Translations under genes and position numbers: made by a program
Part shown: one piece after another, positions 1 through 13,755 of the stretch
How positions within the stretch are numbered: position 1 is the stretch's first letter
Layout of the letters: every line of letters starts with the position of its first letter
Notes under the pieces: model-generated
Seen by the model: the letters and a program-made list of their open reading frames with translations, nothing else
Told to the model about the DNA's origin: nothing
Database searches by the model: none
Source: Mobula hypostoma
Lineage: Eukaryota
Direction: 5' to 3'
Length of the DNA stretch: 64,000 nucleotides
Assembly: GCF_963921235.1 (NCBI RefSeq)
Contig: NC_086126.1
Span: forward strand, 18,104,001 to 18,168,000

Positions 1-790
1 TAAAATAAAAGTAGATCTTTTATAAAGGTACTAAATTGCAGGAGGACAAGTCAGGACAGAGTAAGACAGAAGCCAAGGGGCATTGATTGGGAGCAGCCAG
101 TGTCAGACAAATCCACATCTGACAGTTAGAGACCAGCAACTCTGAGTTCAAGATGAGCATGTTCTGGTGAGGAGTGAGACAGATGTTAAGTAAGGGATCT
201 TTAGACAAGCAGAGAGATCCTAAATTTAGTCAAAAGGATATGGAAGGTTTATGAAGCTAAAGTCAGACTGGGTACCTTTGGAATATAAAGATAACAGGGA
301 AATGCAGGTGATAGGAAAGGCCAAAAGGGGCCACAACCTGTCCTTATAATGTGGGACCAAAGATAATCCCAAGGCCTTTTGATTTGTATTAATAAGACGA
401 GGATAACCAGAGAATGGAAAGCTTGACTCAAGATTAAAGGAGGAATGATGTGATTGAAGTCAGACCAAGTGGCTGACGTACTGAATGAGTACGTTGTGTC
501 AGTATTTACCGAGGAGAAGGAATTGAATGGCAACGAAAACAGAGTGGGACATGCTAATATGCAGAGATGTGTTGAAATTAAGGAGGCGGTTGTGCTGGAA
601 TGTCTGAAAAGCAATAAGATGGATAAGACTCCAGGGCCTGAAGGCATTTATCCTACAATAGTGAAGGAAGATTGCTGGGGATTTGACAAGGATCTATATG
701 TCCTCGATCACAACATGTGAGGTCCCATAGGACTGGAGTGTAGCAAATGTTAGAGCTCTGATCAACAAGGGAAGTAACAAGAATCCAGGA
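1..790 (+). mobile_element. Old degenerate CR1 LINE ORF2 fragment, continues at 4081-4250 after a nested insertion
   Basis: ORF 454-720 (ADVLNEYVVSVFTEEK...DKTPGPEGIYP) and EDWSVANV-like sequence typical of CR1 ORF2; uninterrupted paralog on the minus strand at ~56800-57770. Confidence 0.85.
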
Positions 791-3700
791 GCTGCAGCTC
801 CTTAGGGACCATGTTAGGGAACTGGAGGTGCAGCTCGATGACCTTCGTCTGGTCAGGGAAAGTGAGGCGGTGATAGAGAGGAGCTATAGGTAGGTAGTCA
901 CTCCAGGGCCTGAGGAGACAGATAAGTGGGTAACAGTCTGGAGAGGGAAGGGCAAGAGGCAGATGCTAGAGAGTACCCCAGTGGCTGTCACACATAACAA
1001 TAAGTACTCCTGTTTGAGTACTGCTGGGGGAGGGGGAACAACAGTGGCCACGTCTCTGTCACAGAGTCTGGCCTTGTGGCTCAGAAGGGCAGGGAAAGGA
1101 AGAGGATAGCAGCAGTGATAGGGGACCCTATAGTTAGAAGGTCAGACAGGTGATTCTGTGGATGCAGGAAAGAAACGCAGGTAGTTATTTTGCCTCCCAG
1201 GTGTCAGGGTCCGGGATGTTTCTGATCGCGTCCACGATATCTTGAAGTGGGAAGGAGAACCTGTATGAAAGGGGACCAATATCCTAGCATGGAGGTTTGC
1301 TAAGGCTACTGGGAAGAGTTTAAACTAGAATTGCTGGTGTTTGAGATGTGTCTATTTTAATGCAAGGAGTATTATGAACAATGTGGATGAGCTTAGAGCG
1401 CGGATCAGCACTTGGAGCTATAACGTTGTGGCCATCGCAGAGACTTGGATAGTGCAGGGGCAGAAATGGCTACATCAAGTGCCAGGCTTTAGATGTTTCA
1501 GAAGGGACAGGGAGGGAGGCAAAACAGGTGTGGGCATGACACTGTTGATCAGGGGTAGTGTCACAGCTGCAGAAAAGGAGGAAGTCATGGAGAGGTTGTC
1601 TACGGAGTGTCTGTGGGTGGAAGTTGGGAATAGGAAGGGGTCAATAACTCCACAGGGTGTTTTTTACAGACCACCCAATAGTAACAGGGACATCGAGGAG
1701 CTGATAGGGAGACAGATTCTGCAAAGGTGTAATATAACAGAGTTGTTGTGGTGGGAGATTTTAATTTCCCCAAATATTAAACGGCATCTCCCTCGAGTGA
1801 GGAGTTTTGATGGGGTGGAGTTTGTTAGGTGTGTTCAGGAAGGTTTCTTGATACAATATGTAGAGAAGCCTACAAGAGGAGAGGCTGTGCTTGATCTGGT
1901 ATTGGGAAATGAACCTGGTCAGGTGTCAGGTCTCTCAGTGGGAGGGCATTTTGGAGATAGTGATCACAATTCTATCTCCTTTACCATAGGATAGGAGAGG
2001 AATAGGAACAGACAAGTTAGGGAAACATTTAATTGGAGTAAGGGGAAATATGAGGCTATCAGGCAAGAACTTGGAAGCATAAATTGGAAACAGATGTTCT
2101 CAAGAAAGAAATGTGGCAAATCCTCAGGGGATATTTGTGCGGGGTTCTGCATAGGTACGTTCCAATGAGACACGGAAAGGACGGTAGGGTACAGGAACTG
2201 TCGTGTACAAAGATGGTTGTAAGTCTAGTCAAGAAGAAAAGAACAGCTTACGAACGGTCAAAAAAACTAGGTAATGATAAGAATCTAGAAGACTATAACA
2301 CTAGCAGGAAGGAGCTTAAGAATAAAATTAGGAGAGCCAGAAGGTGCCATGTGAAGGCCTTGGCAGACAGGATGAAGGAAAACTCCAAGGCATTCTACAA
2401 GTATGTGAAGAGCAATAGGATAAAACTTCAGTATTCACTACGGAAAATGATCCTGGCGATTGTAGGGACAACTTGCTGGCGACTGAAAAGCTTGAGCATA
2501 TAGATATTAAGGATGTACTGGAGCTTTTGGAAAGCATCAAGTTGGATAAGTCACTGGGACCGGACAGGAAGTACTGCTAGCTACAGTTGGAAGTGAGAGA
2601 GGAGATGGCTGAGCCTCTGGCGATGATCTTTGCATCATCAATAATGATGGGAGAGGTTCCGGAGGATTGGAGGGTTGTGTACATCGTTCCCTTATTCAAG
2701 AAAGGGAGTAGAGATAGCCCAGGAAACTATAGACCAGTGAGTCTTACTTCAGTGGTTGGTAAGTTGATGGAGAAGATTCTGAGAGGCAGGATTTATAAAA
2801 ATTTGGATTGGCATAATATGATTAGGAATAGTCAGCATGGCTTTGTCAAAGGCAGGTCATGCCTTACCAGCCTGATTAAATTTTTTGAGGATTTCACTAA
2901 ACACATGATGAAAGTAGAGCAGTAGATGGAGTGTATATGGATTTCAGTAAGGCATTTGAGAAGGTACCCCATACAAGGCTTATTGAGAAAGTAAGGGGGC
3001 ATGGGATCCAAGGGGACATTCCTTTGTGGATCCAGAATGGGCTTGCCCACAGAAGGCAAAGAGTGGTTGTAGATAGGTCATATTCTGCATGGAGGTCGGT
3101 GACCAGTGGTGTGCCTCAGGGATCTGTTCTGGGACCCCTACTGTTCATGATATTTATAAATAACCTGAATGAGGAAGTGGAGGAATGAGTTAATAAATTT
3201 GCTGATGACACAAAGGTTGGAGGTGTTGTGGATAGTGTGGAGGGCTGTCAGAAGTGACAGCGGGACATTGGTAGGATACAAAACTGGGCAGATGGAGTTC
3301 AACCCAGATAAGTGTGAGGTGGTTCAGTGAGGTAGGTCAAAAATGATGTCAGAATATAGCATTAATGGTAAGACTCTTGGCAGAGTGGAGGATCAGAGGA
3401 ATCTTGGGGTCTGAGCCCATAGGACACTCAAAGCTGCTACGCAGGTTGACCCTGGTTAAGATGGCATCTAGTGAATTGACCTTCACCAACTGTGGGATTG
3501 AGTTTAAGGGCCGAGAGGTAACGTTGCAGCTATATAGGACCCTGGTCAGACCCCACTTAGATACTGTGCTCAATTCTGGTTGCTTCACTACAGGAAGGAC
3601 GTGGTAACCACAGAAAGGGTGCAGAGAAGATTTACAAGGATGTTGCCTGGATTGGGGTGCATGCCTTATGAGAATAGGTTAAGTGAACTCGGCCTTTTCT

Positions 3701-4080
3701 CCTTGAAGTCATGGAGGATGAGAGGTGACCCGATAGGTGTGCACAGGATAATGAGAAGCGTTGATCGTGTGGACATTCAGAGGCTTTTCCCCAGGGCTGA
3801 AATGGCTAGCATGAGGGGGCATAGTTTTAAGGTGCTTGGAAGTAGGTACAGAGGAGATTTTTTTTTAAAGCAGAGAGTGGGAGTGCGATGACTTGGCTTC
3901 TGGTGGCGTGGTCGAGGCAGAAACGATAGGGTCTTTTAAGAGACTCCTGGATGGATACACGGAGCTTAGAAAAATAGAGGTCTATGGGTAAGCCTAGGTA
4001 ATTCTAAGATAAGGACATGTTTGGTTCAGCTTTGTGGGCTGAAGGGCCCTGTATTGTGCTGTAGGTTTTCTGTGTTTCTA
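791..4080 (+). mobile_element. Near full-length, internally deleted and frameshifted CR1 LINE (ORF1 esterase remnant, APE endonuclease, RT, 3' tail)
   Basis: ORF1 SGNH-esterase-like remnant ~1110-1260; APE start RCVYFNARSI...AETW...YRPPN...GDSDHNSI (1341-1994); RT motifs [41 protein letters not shown]; tail TTTTCTGTGTTTCTA at ~4066-4080. Confidence 0.95.
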
Positions 4081-4254
4081 TAGGCAGGGCAGCCTCATTT
4101 CAGTAGTAGAGAAGCTACTGGGGAGGATATTGAGGTCCAGGATTTATTCACATTTGGAAAGGCATGGCCTGCTTAGGGACAATCGACATGGTTTTGTGTG
4201 GGCAGATCATGCTTGACAAAGTTGTTCGAGGTTTGTGAGGTGATGATACAGACT

Positions 4255-4755
4255 ATAACATATAGGAGTAGAATTAGACCATTTGGCCCATCAAGTCTGC
4301 TCCGACATTTCATTGTGGCTGATCCATTTTACCTCTCAGCCCCAATCTCCAGCATTCCCCATGTGTCCCTTCATGCTCTGACCAATCAAGAATCTATCAA
4401 TCTCTACCTTAAATATACATGAAGTCTTGGATCAAGAGCTGCCTGTGGCAATGAATTCCACAGATTCACCACTCTGTGGCTCAAGAAATTCCTCATCTCC
4501 ACATTCTACAAGGATCCTCCTCTATTCCGAGGCTGTGTCCTCTGGTCTCAGATACTCCCATCCTCTGCACATCCAATTTATCAAGGCGTTTCACCATTTG
4601 AAATTCCAGTGAATACAGGCCCAGAGCCATTAAACACTCTTCATATGACAAGCTGTTTAATCCTGGAATGAGTGTCGAGAACGTCCTTCGAAACCCATCC
4701 AGTTTCAGCACATCCTTCCGAAGATAAAAGGCCCAAAACTGCTCACAATACATCA
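4255..4755 (-). mobile_element. CR1 LINE 3' fragment
   Basis: ORF 4493-4756 YCEQFWA...LGLYSLE, CR1 3' UTR-like sequence; paralog at ~56200-56775. Confidence 0.8.
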
Positions 4756-4930
4756 CCAGTATTTAGTATGGAGACATCACCAGTATTTTATAAATTCTCA
4801 ACATTATTGCAGGGACACAGTTACAGAGACTGGGACTGGGAATTCGACTTTCCATCATGTTCAGTGTTCATGGGAAAATGGAAAGGAACATGGTGGATTT
4901 GTTCATAATGTGCTGGTGAGGGGGTGGATA

Positions 4931-5135
4931 CAGTGCCTAAAAGAAGTATTTAATCTCATTGGTTGTTTTCATGTTTTATTGTTTTACAATGTTGAATCAT
5001 AGTGGATTTAATTAAAAACACTGATGATCAGAAAAGACACTGTGGAGTCGAAATGAGAAGATCTTTACAAAGGGATCTAAATTAATTACAAATATAAAAC
5101 ACAAAATAATTGATGGGTAAGTATTCACCTCTTTC
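4931..5135 (+). mobile_element. Tc1-like DNA transposon terminal inverted repeat fragment
   Basis: TA followed by CAGTGCCTAAAAGAAGTATT; aligns by eye to the Tc1 end at 55574-55790. Confidence 0.75.
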
Positions 5136-5139
5136 AGCT

Positions 5140-5705
5140 GTCTTAACCGGTGGAGGGGTGGTAATGGGACAAGCTCCCACTTCCCATTAAATGCTGCCAA
5201 TGGTGTGCGCCTCAAATTGCCTCTGTCAATCAAGTCCAGCTCCTGGGTTTTACAATGGCTTAGCTACTACACCCGATGAACTGTTTCTAGTGACAGAGGA
5301 AGGTGCAAATGCGTTTACTGGTGTCATATAAACAACCACTATGGGCAGATGGGGCTCCTCAGGCATGCTTGACAGATCAAGTGGAAGAAAAATTCTGATC
5401 TCAAACCTCCACTGCCCTGTGGCTAGACCCATTCATGGGGAAGGCTTCAGGAGTAAACCCTGAGGAACAATCCGGAGCTGGATTCCCTGTCAGTCCTGTG
5501 TTCAATGCAGACTGGCAATCCTGCAACACCGCTGGTGCCTGACTGCATCGGTCTCTGCCGTTGCTTTGGATTCATCAGCTGTGTGGAGAGCAGGGGCCCC
5601 TGCATGGGCAACTGCTTGCTTTCCATATCGTACTTCCCTGACTTACATATCGACTCTGAAACTCGGGTGCAATATCCATGGTCAACCCTGACCAGCGGAG
5701 GGCCA
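5140..5705 (+). repeat. Unclassified interspersed repeat, possibly an RTE-derived non-autonomous element
   Basis: Sharp-edged insert between Tc1 and Penelope fragments, no ORF; resemblance to RTE 5' UTR-type sequence recalled, not verified. Confidence 0.3.
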
Positions 5706-5707
5706 TG

Positions 5708-6240
5708 ATCAACATGTCTGTACACGGCCTCCTCTCCTGCTACAGTGAGGCCGAGTACAGGTTGGACGAGCAACACCTCATATTCTGACTGTGTCATCTC
5801 CAATCGCGATAGCATGAACATTGATTTCTCCAAATTCAAGAAATCACTACCCCCTGTTTCCACACCCCCCCCACCGAACTACTACTTTTCTTCTGACATT
5901 TCCCCCATTCTGATGGCCATTTAACCCCTTCACCTCTCCTCACACACTCTCATGACCTGCCCATCAAGTCTCTCTTGTTCTCCACCTCCTCTGTGTCATC
6001 CCATAGTCCAACATTCTCTCCTATTGGATTTCTTTCTCTTCATCTCTTTGCCTTTTCTGCCTATCACCCAGCTCCTGAGATCATCATCCCTTCACAAACC
6101 TCACTTGTCCTCCCCCACCACCTAATTCTGGCTTTTGTCCCTTTCTTTCTAATCCTGATGAAGGTTCTCAGCCCAAAATGTCGACTGTTTGCTAAGTTCC
6201 TCCAGCATTTTCTGTCAGTTTGCTTCAGTCTGTGTATTGA
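5708..6240 (+). mobile_element. Penelope-like element 3' end (GIY-YIG C-terminus and terminal repeat with degenerate hammerhead)
   Basis: Encodes LDEQHLIF...MNIDFSKF-like peptide, pyrimidine-rich tail, CTGATGAAGGTTCTCAGCCCAAAATGTCGACT at ~6155-6186. Confidence 0.8.
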
Positions 6241-6249
6241 TTAAGCTAA

Positions 6250-7460
6250 TCAAACTGGTACAGTGGAAGAGGAATTTGTGGAATGGTCAGAGACAGTTTC
6301 TTACAGCAGTATCTTACCCATGAATGGGCTATTTCAGATGTAATCTGTGTAATGAGGTGTGATTATAGAGAGATCTTGTGGTGAAGGATCCCTGAAGAAG
6401 TGATCACAATGTGGGAGATCTCCAGATCACAGATTGAGGGTGAACACCAGGGTCCAGAACCAGTGTCCTCAACCTAAATAAAGACAATTACAGAGACGTG
6501 ACAGTGGAGTTGTCTGGGGCAGATGGGGTAAATAGGCTCGGGGACAGGTCAGTAATGAGCAGTGGCAGATATTTAAGGAGACTGTTCGTAACACTCAGCA
6601 GACGTTCTTCCCGATTAGGAAGAGGGATCACAGAGAGCAAAGAACACTCTGTGGTCAAAGGAGGCAGACAAGAGGATCAGGATTTTTCCAGGAACCAGTG
6701 CTGAGACAAAATCTAAAACTAACAAGGAAAAAGCAGAGAGGTTAACTCCAGTAATTTGCATTAGTGTTCACAGAGGGGGCACAGCAAACATCCCACAGAT
6801 ATCTCATGGAGACATTTCGACATTGTGCCATAATGTGTAACAATCACCATCACGAGAGAAAAAACTAATGGGATTAAAAGCAAACATTACTTGGTCCTAA
6901 TGACCTGCACTGGAGGCTTCCACAGGAAGTCTGGAGAGAAAGTAGAGACATTGAAGTCTGTCAAAACTCACTGTTACAGAAAGGTCCCAGTGGAGTTGAA
7001 AACCATTGTTGAAGGAGGGTGGAAGATGAAAAGCAGGTAACTGTAGTGGAGTTAACTTCACTTCAGGTACTGGAGTCTATAATCTATGAAGAAATAATGT
7101 CATTTAGAGAAGTTTAATGTCATTGCACTAAGTCAACAGGGTTTACAGTCAGATTCACACAGCACAGAAACAAGCCCTTCGGCTCAAATGGTCCACAATG
7201 ACCAAAGATCCCATCTGAGCTTGTGGTCCGTAACCCCATCACCACCACATTATGAACAAGGTTGTCCTCCCTCCTTGTCCCATTTCCCTCCATTTGGCCC
7301 ATATCCTTAAAAACTTTTCCTTTCCATCTACCTGCCCAAGTGCCCTTTTAATGTACCTGACTCAACCACTCCCCCGAGCAGCTCATTCTGTTTACTGACC
7401 AGCCTGTGTGTGGAAAAGTTGCCCTTCAGGTCCCTATTAAATCTCATCAGAAACCAATGC
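6250..7460. mobile_element. Highly decayed CR1 fragments (+ 6250-7130, - 7150-7460)
   Basis: Remnant CR1 ORF2 and 3' UTR sequence; same junction seen inverted at 54720-55500. Confidence 0.6.
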
Positions 7461-7479
7461 TCTCCAGTTCTTGATTCTG

Positions 7480-8730
7480 TTGGAAATCTTTTAGATGATT
7501 ACATGTAGGATAGATAAAGGGAATGATGTCCATGTTGTATATTTGGACATTCAGAAGGCCATTGACAGGGTGCCACATATGAGGCTGCTCACCGTGTTAC
7601 GAACCCATGGTGTTACAGGAAAATTACAAGCATTGACTGATTGGTAGAAGGCAGCGAGTGGTAATAAAAGGATCCATTTCTGGTTGGTTGCCAGTAAGTA
7701 GTGGTGTTCTGCAGGAGTCAGTGTTACGACCGCTTCTTTTTATACTGTATATCAATGATATAGATGATGAAATAGTTGGCTTTGTTGTCAAGTTTACAGA
7801 TGATATGAAGACTGGTGGAGGGGCAGGTAGTATTGAGGAAATGGGTAGGCTGCAGAAGGACTTAGACAGATCAGGAGATGGGCAAGAGAATAGCGAAAGA
7901 AATATAATGTCAGAAAATACATGGTCATGCTCTTTGGTAGTAGAAATAAATTTGCAGAGTTTTTCTAAATGGGCAGAAAATCCAAAACTCTGAGATGCAA
8001 AGGGAATTGACAGTCCTCGTGCAGAACAACCTGAAGGTTAACTTGCAGGGAGAGTTGGTGGTGAGGAAGACAAATAGGATATTAACATTCATTTCAAGAG
8101 GTCTCAAATATAAGACCAGGGATGTGATGCTGAGGCTTTGTAAGGCACTGGTGAGGCCTCAACTTGACGACAGGGAACAATTTTGGACTCCTCATCTAGG
8201 AAAAGATGTAGTGGTATTGGGGAGGGTTCAGAAGAGGTTCATAAGGATGATTCCAGGATTGAGAGTGTTAGCCTCTGAGGAATGTTTGAAAGCTCTGGTT
8301 CTGTACTCGCTGGAATTTAGAAGGATGAGAGGGGATCTCATTCAAACCTTTCAAATGTTGAAAGGCCTAGACAGAGTAGACGTGGAAAAGATGTTTTCCA
8401 TTTCCCATGGTGAGGGAGTCTAAGACAAGTGGGCACAGCCTCAGGGTAGAGTGCATCCCATTTAAAATAGAGATGCAGAGAAATTTCTTTAGCCAGAGTG
8501 TGGTGAATTTGTAAAATTTATTACCAGAGGCAGCTGTGGGGGTCAGGTCGTTGGGTGTATTTAAGGCAGAGCTTGATAGTTTCTTGATTGGACGGGGCAT
8601 CAAAGGCTTCGGGGAAAAGGCCGAGGAGTGAAGCTGAGGAGGAGAAACAAGGGTCAGCCATGATTGAATGGTGGAGCAGACTCGATGGGCCAAATGGCCT
8701 AATTCTGCTGCTCTGTCTTATGGTCTTACT
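7480..8730 (+). mobile_element. CR1 LINE RT and 3' end
   Basis: ORFs 7658-7993 (GVLQESVLRP...KFTDD) and 7995-8423 (LVRPQL...YSLEFRRMRGDLI); tail TCTTATGGTCTTA. Confidence 0.9.
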
Positions 8731-8964
8731 CAGTTAATCCAACAACCACAACATAATCAATGAAAGACTGCACCCAACCCGGTAACCAAATAACCAATGT
8801 GCAAAACGACAACACCAGAGAGAAAATAATAATAATCATAAAGAAATGAGAAATAAATAGAGAACATGAGATGCAGAAGTCGTGAAAGCGAGTCCATAGA
8901 TTGTGGGAAACAGTTCAGTGATGAGTTCAGTGAAGTTAAATGGAGTTATCTCCACTGGTTCTGG

Positions 8965-9545
8965 TTTAAGGTGACACTGGTGAATCTCTTTTTCTAGTGA
9001 ATGAATAGCTTGTAACTTCCCTTTGGACTTGGGGGCAATTTGATGTGGCAGAAGAGAGGTGAGGCAGCGGACCCGTCACTGAGAGTGAGGAAGACACAAA
9101 GTTCGGTTGATTTAAACGCCGGGCCCAAATGGAAAAGTCAGGTACAGGCCAAATGGAGGCAGCGGGGACCAGGCCCCAGATCGTATCGAAGCAACTGAAC
9201 CCAGTGTTTGGATGATGATTTCGGTGCCAGGCCAGATTGAAATGGTCAGTGTGTTGGGCCCGAGGCCAGGGATGAGCCGGTTCAGCTCGCTGCTCCATTT
9301 TGTGCTGAACTAAGCATCTGTGGACGGACTCTCTGAGGATTTCAGTTCAAAATGATACAGTATTTGCTTGCGTTTATTGTTTGCATGATTTATTTTCCTC
9401 TCTGCACATTGGGTGTTTGACAGTCTTCTTGCTTTATTAGTGGGTTCTTTTGGCTTTCTTTGTTTTATAGCAGCCTGTTTGGAACGAACCTCAAGTTTGT
9501 AGAATATAAACATACTTTGATAATAAATGTACTTTGAACTTTGGT
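8965..9545 (+). repeat. Non-coding retroposed element (SINE-like or LINE 3' UTR) with TTTGAAC-type tail
   Basis: Ends AATAAATGTACTTTGAACTTTG; paralog 27421-28000; similar tail at 53580-53650. Confidence 0.5.
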
Positions 9546-9619
9546 TCAAAAACCTGATGGTTGAGGGATAAAATCAGGTCAAAAATTTAACAAAACTCAA
9601 AATTGATGCTCTTTTAATT

Positions 9620-11312
9620 ACAGGCCAGGATGCAGAAGAGTGGAAAATGACAAGTATTCTTCCCCTTTTTAAGAACTGCAACAGGGACAAGACAGGAAAC
9701 TATACCCTGGCGAATTTTACATTAGGGGCAGGGATATTTTTGGAAATGATCTTTAACGATAGGACCAACTTCTATCTGAGAAAGCATAAACACATTCAAA
9801 ATCTCTTTGCATGGGCAACGTCAAGTCTTGCAAACTTGGTTGAATTTTTAAAGTGAGAAATTCAATTGCTGGGGGCTGGATAGTGGATATAGAACATGTG
9901 GACTCTGGTGAAGCTTTCAACAAGGGCCTTGATCAAAAGCAAGAAAGCACATGGGCTGAATAGATATTTGGAAGAATATATTCAAAGTGTAGCTTGGTCA
10001 GAGAACACAGAAGGTAATGGTTGAGAGGTCTGATTCTGACTGGAGACCTGTGAACAGTGGTACCCCACAAAGATTAGTGCTGGGAACTCCGCTCTTTGTG
10101 AAGTGATCTGGATGAAAATGAAGCTGGGCTGATTTGTCGGTCTGCAGAGACACAGAAATTAGTGGAGCTGTGCATACAGAGCAAGGTTCCCAAAAGATTC
10201 AGCAGAATATAAACCAGCTGTAAATATGGACAGAGAAATGGCAGATGAGCCAAAGAACTTTGGGAAGTCAGATTTCAGAGGTTTTCTTTGGAATTCCTCT
10301 CCCTGTTGGAGTAGTTGGAATGGCATTTATGGCAATGACAAGCTTCACCTAAAGATGTGGGAGATCAGGGAGTCAGTCAGTGTCCCCAACAACTTCATAT
10401 CAGGGAAATGCACCATCTGCAGCTCCTGACTGACCGTGTGAAGGACACTGAGCTGGAGATGGACAGATCTGGAGTTTTCAGGATGCTGAGACCACAGATT
10501 CAGTGAGTTGGTCACACCTGAGGTCAGGCTGCAGATAGTTTAGTGACCACCATGACTGGAAAGAGGAAGGGACAGACAGTGCAATGTCTCCCTGTGACTG
10601 TACACTCCTTTGGATATCCCTGAGAGGATGACAAACCAGAGCACAGCAGCCCGTCAGGTCCGTGGTACTGACAGCCCGGTCTGATGCTCTGCGTGAGGAA
10701 AGGACAAGCAGAGCAGTAATGACAGCACTCTCACAGTACAGGGGACATGCAGGAGATTCTGTGGCAGCAATAGAGATGCCAGGATAATGTGTCGCCTCCT
10801 GGGTACCAGGGTCAGGTATGTCTGAGATATGCAGGATTTCCAAAAGATAGACTTGCCGGCAGAGTCGGTGGTAAGGAAGCCAAATGCAATGTTAGCATTC
10901 ATTTCCAGAGGACTACTGCACAGAAGCAAGGATGTAATGCTGAGGATTGATGAGGCATTGGCTCAATCACACTTGGAGTATTGTGAACTCTTTTGGGCCC
11001 CTTATCTAAAAAAGTATGTGCTCGCATTGGAAAGGGTCTAGAGGAGGTTCACAAGAGTAATCTCAGCAATAAAAGGGTTAATGCATGAGGATGTTTGATG
11101 GCTCTGGGCCTGTATGTACTCACTGGAGTTTAGAAGAAAGAGGGGATCTCATTGAAACCTATCAAATATTGAAAGGCCGAGATGGAGTGGACGTGGAGAG
11201 GATGTTTCTGATAGTGAGGCATCTACAACCACAGGGCACATCCTCAGAATACTAGGACATCCTGTTAGAACAAAGATATGGAGTAATTTCCTTAGGAAAG
11301 GGTAGTGAATCT
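9620..11312 (+). mobile_element. Mosaic of decayed CR1 fragments (RT, ORF1 remnant 10330-10830, 3' ORF2)
   Basis: DKTGNY-type motif; ORF1 esterase-like remnant; ORF 10829-11041 NAMLAFISRG...HLEYCELFWAP. Confidence 0.75.
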
Positions 11313-11314
11313 GA

Positions 11315-12290
11315 GCAGCCTATGTCAGGATGCTGTTCACTGAATAGAACTCAGCGTTTAACCCCATTATTCCCACAATCCTGATCAATAAGCTACAGAA
11401 CCTGGTCCCCCTGCAAATGAATCCTTGACTTACTAATGGAGAGACCACAATCTGTGTGGATTGGTGATAATATCTCCCCCTCGCTGATGATCAACACTGG
11501 GGCACCTCAGGGGTGTGTGCTTAGCCCACTGCTCTACTCTCTATATATCCATGACTGTGAGGCTAGGCATAGCTCAAATACCATCTACAAATTTGCTGAT
11601 GATACAACCACTGTTGGTAGAAACTCAGATGAAGATGAGGTGGCACAGAGGAATGAGATATACCAGCTGTGGTTTTGCAGTGAGAACATTGCACTCAATG
11701 TCAGTAAGACAAAACAGCTGATTGTGGACCTCAGGAAAGGTAAGATGAGGGAACACGAACCAATCCTCATGGAGGGATTGTAAGTGCAGAGGCTGAGCAA
11801 TTTCTAGTTCCTGGAAATCAATATCTGTGAGGATCTAACCTGGTCCCAACATACCGATGCAACTACAGTATAAAGGTGGCAAGACAGCAGATATATTTCA
11901 TCAGGAGTTTGAAGAGATTTGGTTTATCACTTGAAGCACTCAATAACTGCGATAGACGTACCATAGAGAGCATTCTGAGAGGCTGCATCACTGTCTTGTA
12001 TGCAGTGGAGGGGGAAGGGGTTACTGCACAGGTCTGAAAGAATCTACAGAAAGTTGTAAAATTAGTCAACTCCATCAAATGCGACGTCCATTATTAAGGA
12101 CCCAATCCTCCAGGACATGCCGTCTTCTCATTGTTACCATCAGGGAGGAGGTACAAAAGCCCGATGGCACACACTCAGCGATTCAGGAAAAGCTTCTGCC
12201 CCTCTGCTATCCAATTCCTCAATAGACATTGAAGCTTCGGACGCTACCTCGTTTTTAAAATATATATATATATATATCTATATCAATTTC
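11315..12290 (+). mobile_element. Rex1/Babar-type LINE RT and 3' fragment
   Basis: ORF 11436-11783 NTGAPQGCVLSPLLYSLYIHDC...YKFADDTT...LNVSKTKQLIVD; ends in AT-rich/(TA)n tail. Confidence 0.85.
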
Positions 12291-12344
12291 TGCACTATTT
12301 TTACTATTTAATATACGCATAAATTATTTACTGTAATTTATTTC

Positions 12345-12945
12345 TTCATAGAAAACAGAAATCTGCAGCACATTACAGGCCTTTCAGCCCACAATGTTGT
12401 GCCGACCATGTTACCTACTCTTGAAACTGCCTAGGATTTCCCGAGTGCATAACCCTCTATTTTACTAAGCTCCACGTACCTATGTAAGAGACTCTTAAAA
12501 AATGCTATTTAATCCATTTCCACCACCATTGCCAACAGTGCATTCCACACACCCACCACTCTTTGTGAAAAACTTACCCCTAACAACCCCTCAGTACCTA
12601 TTTCCAGGCACCTTAAAACTATGCCCCCTCGTGTTAGCCAGCTCAGCCCTGGGAAAGGACGTCTGGCTATCCACAAGATCAATGCCCTTCGTCATCTTAT
12701 ACACCTCTATCAGGTCACTTCTCATCCTCCACTGCTCCAAGGAGAAAAGGCCAAGAATCACTCAACCTATTCTCATTAGGCATGTTCTCCAATCCAGGCA
12801 ACATCCTTGTAAATCTCCTCTGCACTCCCCTTCACATCCTTCCTGTAGTGAGGTGACCAGAACTGAACACAGAACTCCAAGTGGGGTCAGGCCAAGGGCT
12901 TTACCTCACAGCTCTTGAACTCAATCCCACAATCTCCTGTCACAC
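12345..12945 (-). mobile_element. CR1 LINE 3' fragment
   Basis: Minus-strand RPHLEFCVQFWSPHYRKD-like coding and CR1 3' UTR; paralogs at 28305-28890 and 51110-52310. Confidence 0.85.
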
Positions 12946-12949
12946 TCAC

Positions 12950-13755
12950 CTCAATAATCAGTAAATGCTTTGAGAGGTTGCTCAAGAACTACACCTGCAG
13001 TGTGCTGACACCCACACGGGTCCCCCAATTCGCCTATTGACACAACCAATCAACAGCTGATGTAATAGTCACAGCTCTGCACATCGTCCTTGGAGAAGAG
13101 GGATGCTCATGTCAGAATGCTGTTCTTGGGCTAGGGTTGAGCATTCAACACCATAATTCTCTCCAGCCTCCACAAGAAGCTTAGAGACCTCAGCCTTCAT
13201 CCTGCCTTCTGTAGCTGGATCCTGGACTTCCTGTCAGATTGCCGGCAGGTGGTAAGAGTGGGCTCCCTCACCGCTGTTCCTGTGACCCACAACACAGGTG
13301 CCCCTCAGGGCTGTGTACTGAGCTCCCTTCTTTACTCTCTATATTCCCATGACTGCGTCGCCACCCACAGCTCCAATCTGTTAATTACATTTGCTGACGA
13401 CACTGCACTGATTGGCCTAATTTCAAATAATTATGAGGCAGCCTACAGAGAAGTCATCACCCTGACACGGTGGGGTCAAGAAAACAACCTCTCCGACAAT
13501 ATCGCAAAAACAAAGCAGCTGGTTGTGAACTACAGGATGAATAGAGACAGGCAAATCCTTATTGACATCAATGGATCTGGGGTTGAGAGGGTGAACAGCT
13601 TTAAGTTCCTCGGCGTAAACATCACGGAGAACCTCACGTGGTCCGTGCATACCGGCTGTGTGGTGGAAAAGGCACAACAGCGCACATTTCACCTCAGACG
13701 GTTGAAGTAATTTGGTGAGGGCCCCCAAATCCCTTGAGAACATCCTGACTGGCTT
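12950..13755 (+). mobile_element. Rex1/Babar-type LINE RT fragment
   Basis: ORF 13249-13710 GAPQGCVLSSLLYSLYSHDC...TFADDT...SFKFLGV; paralog 28895-29715. Confidence 0.85.
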
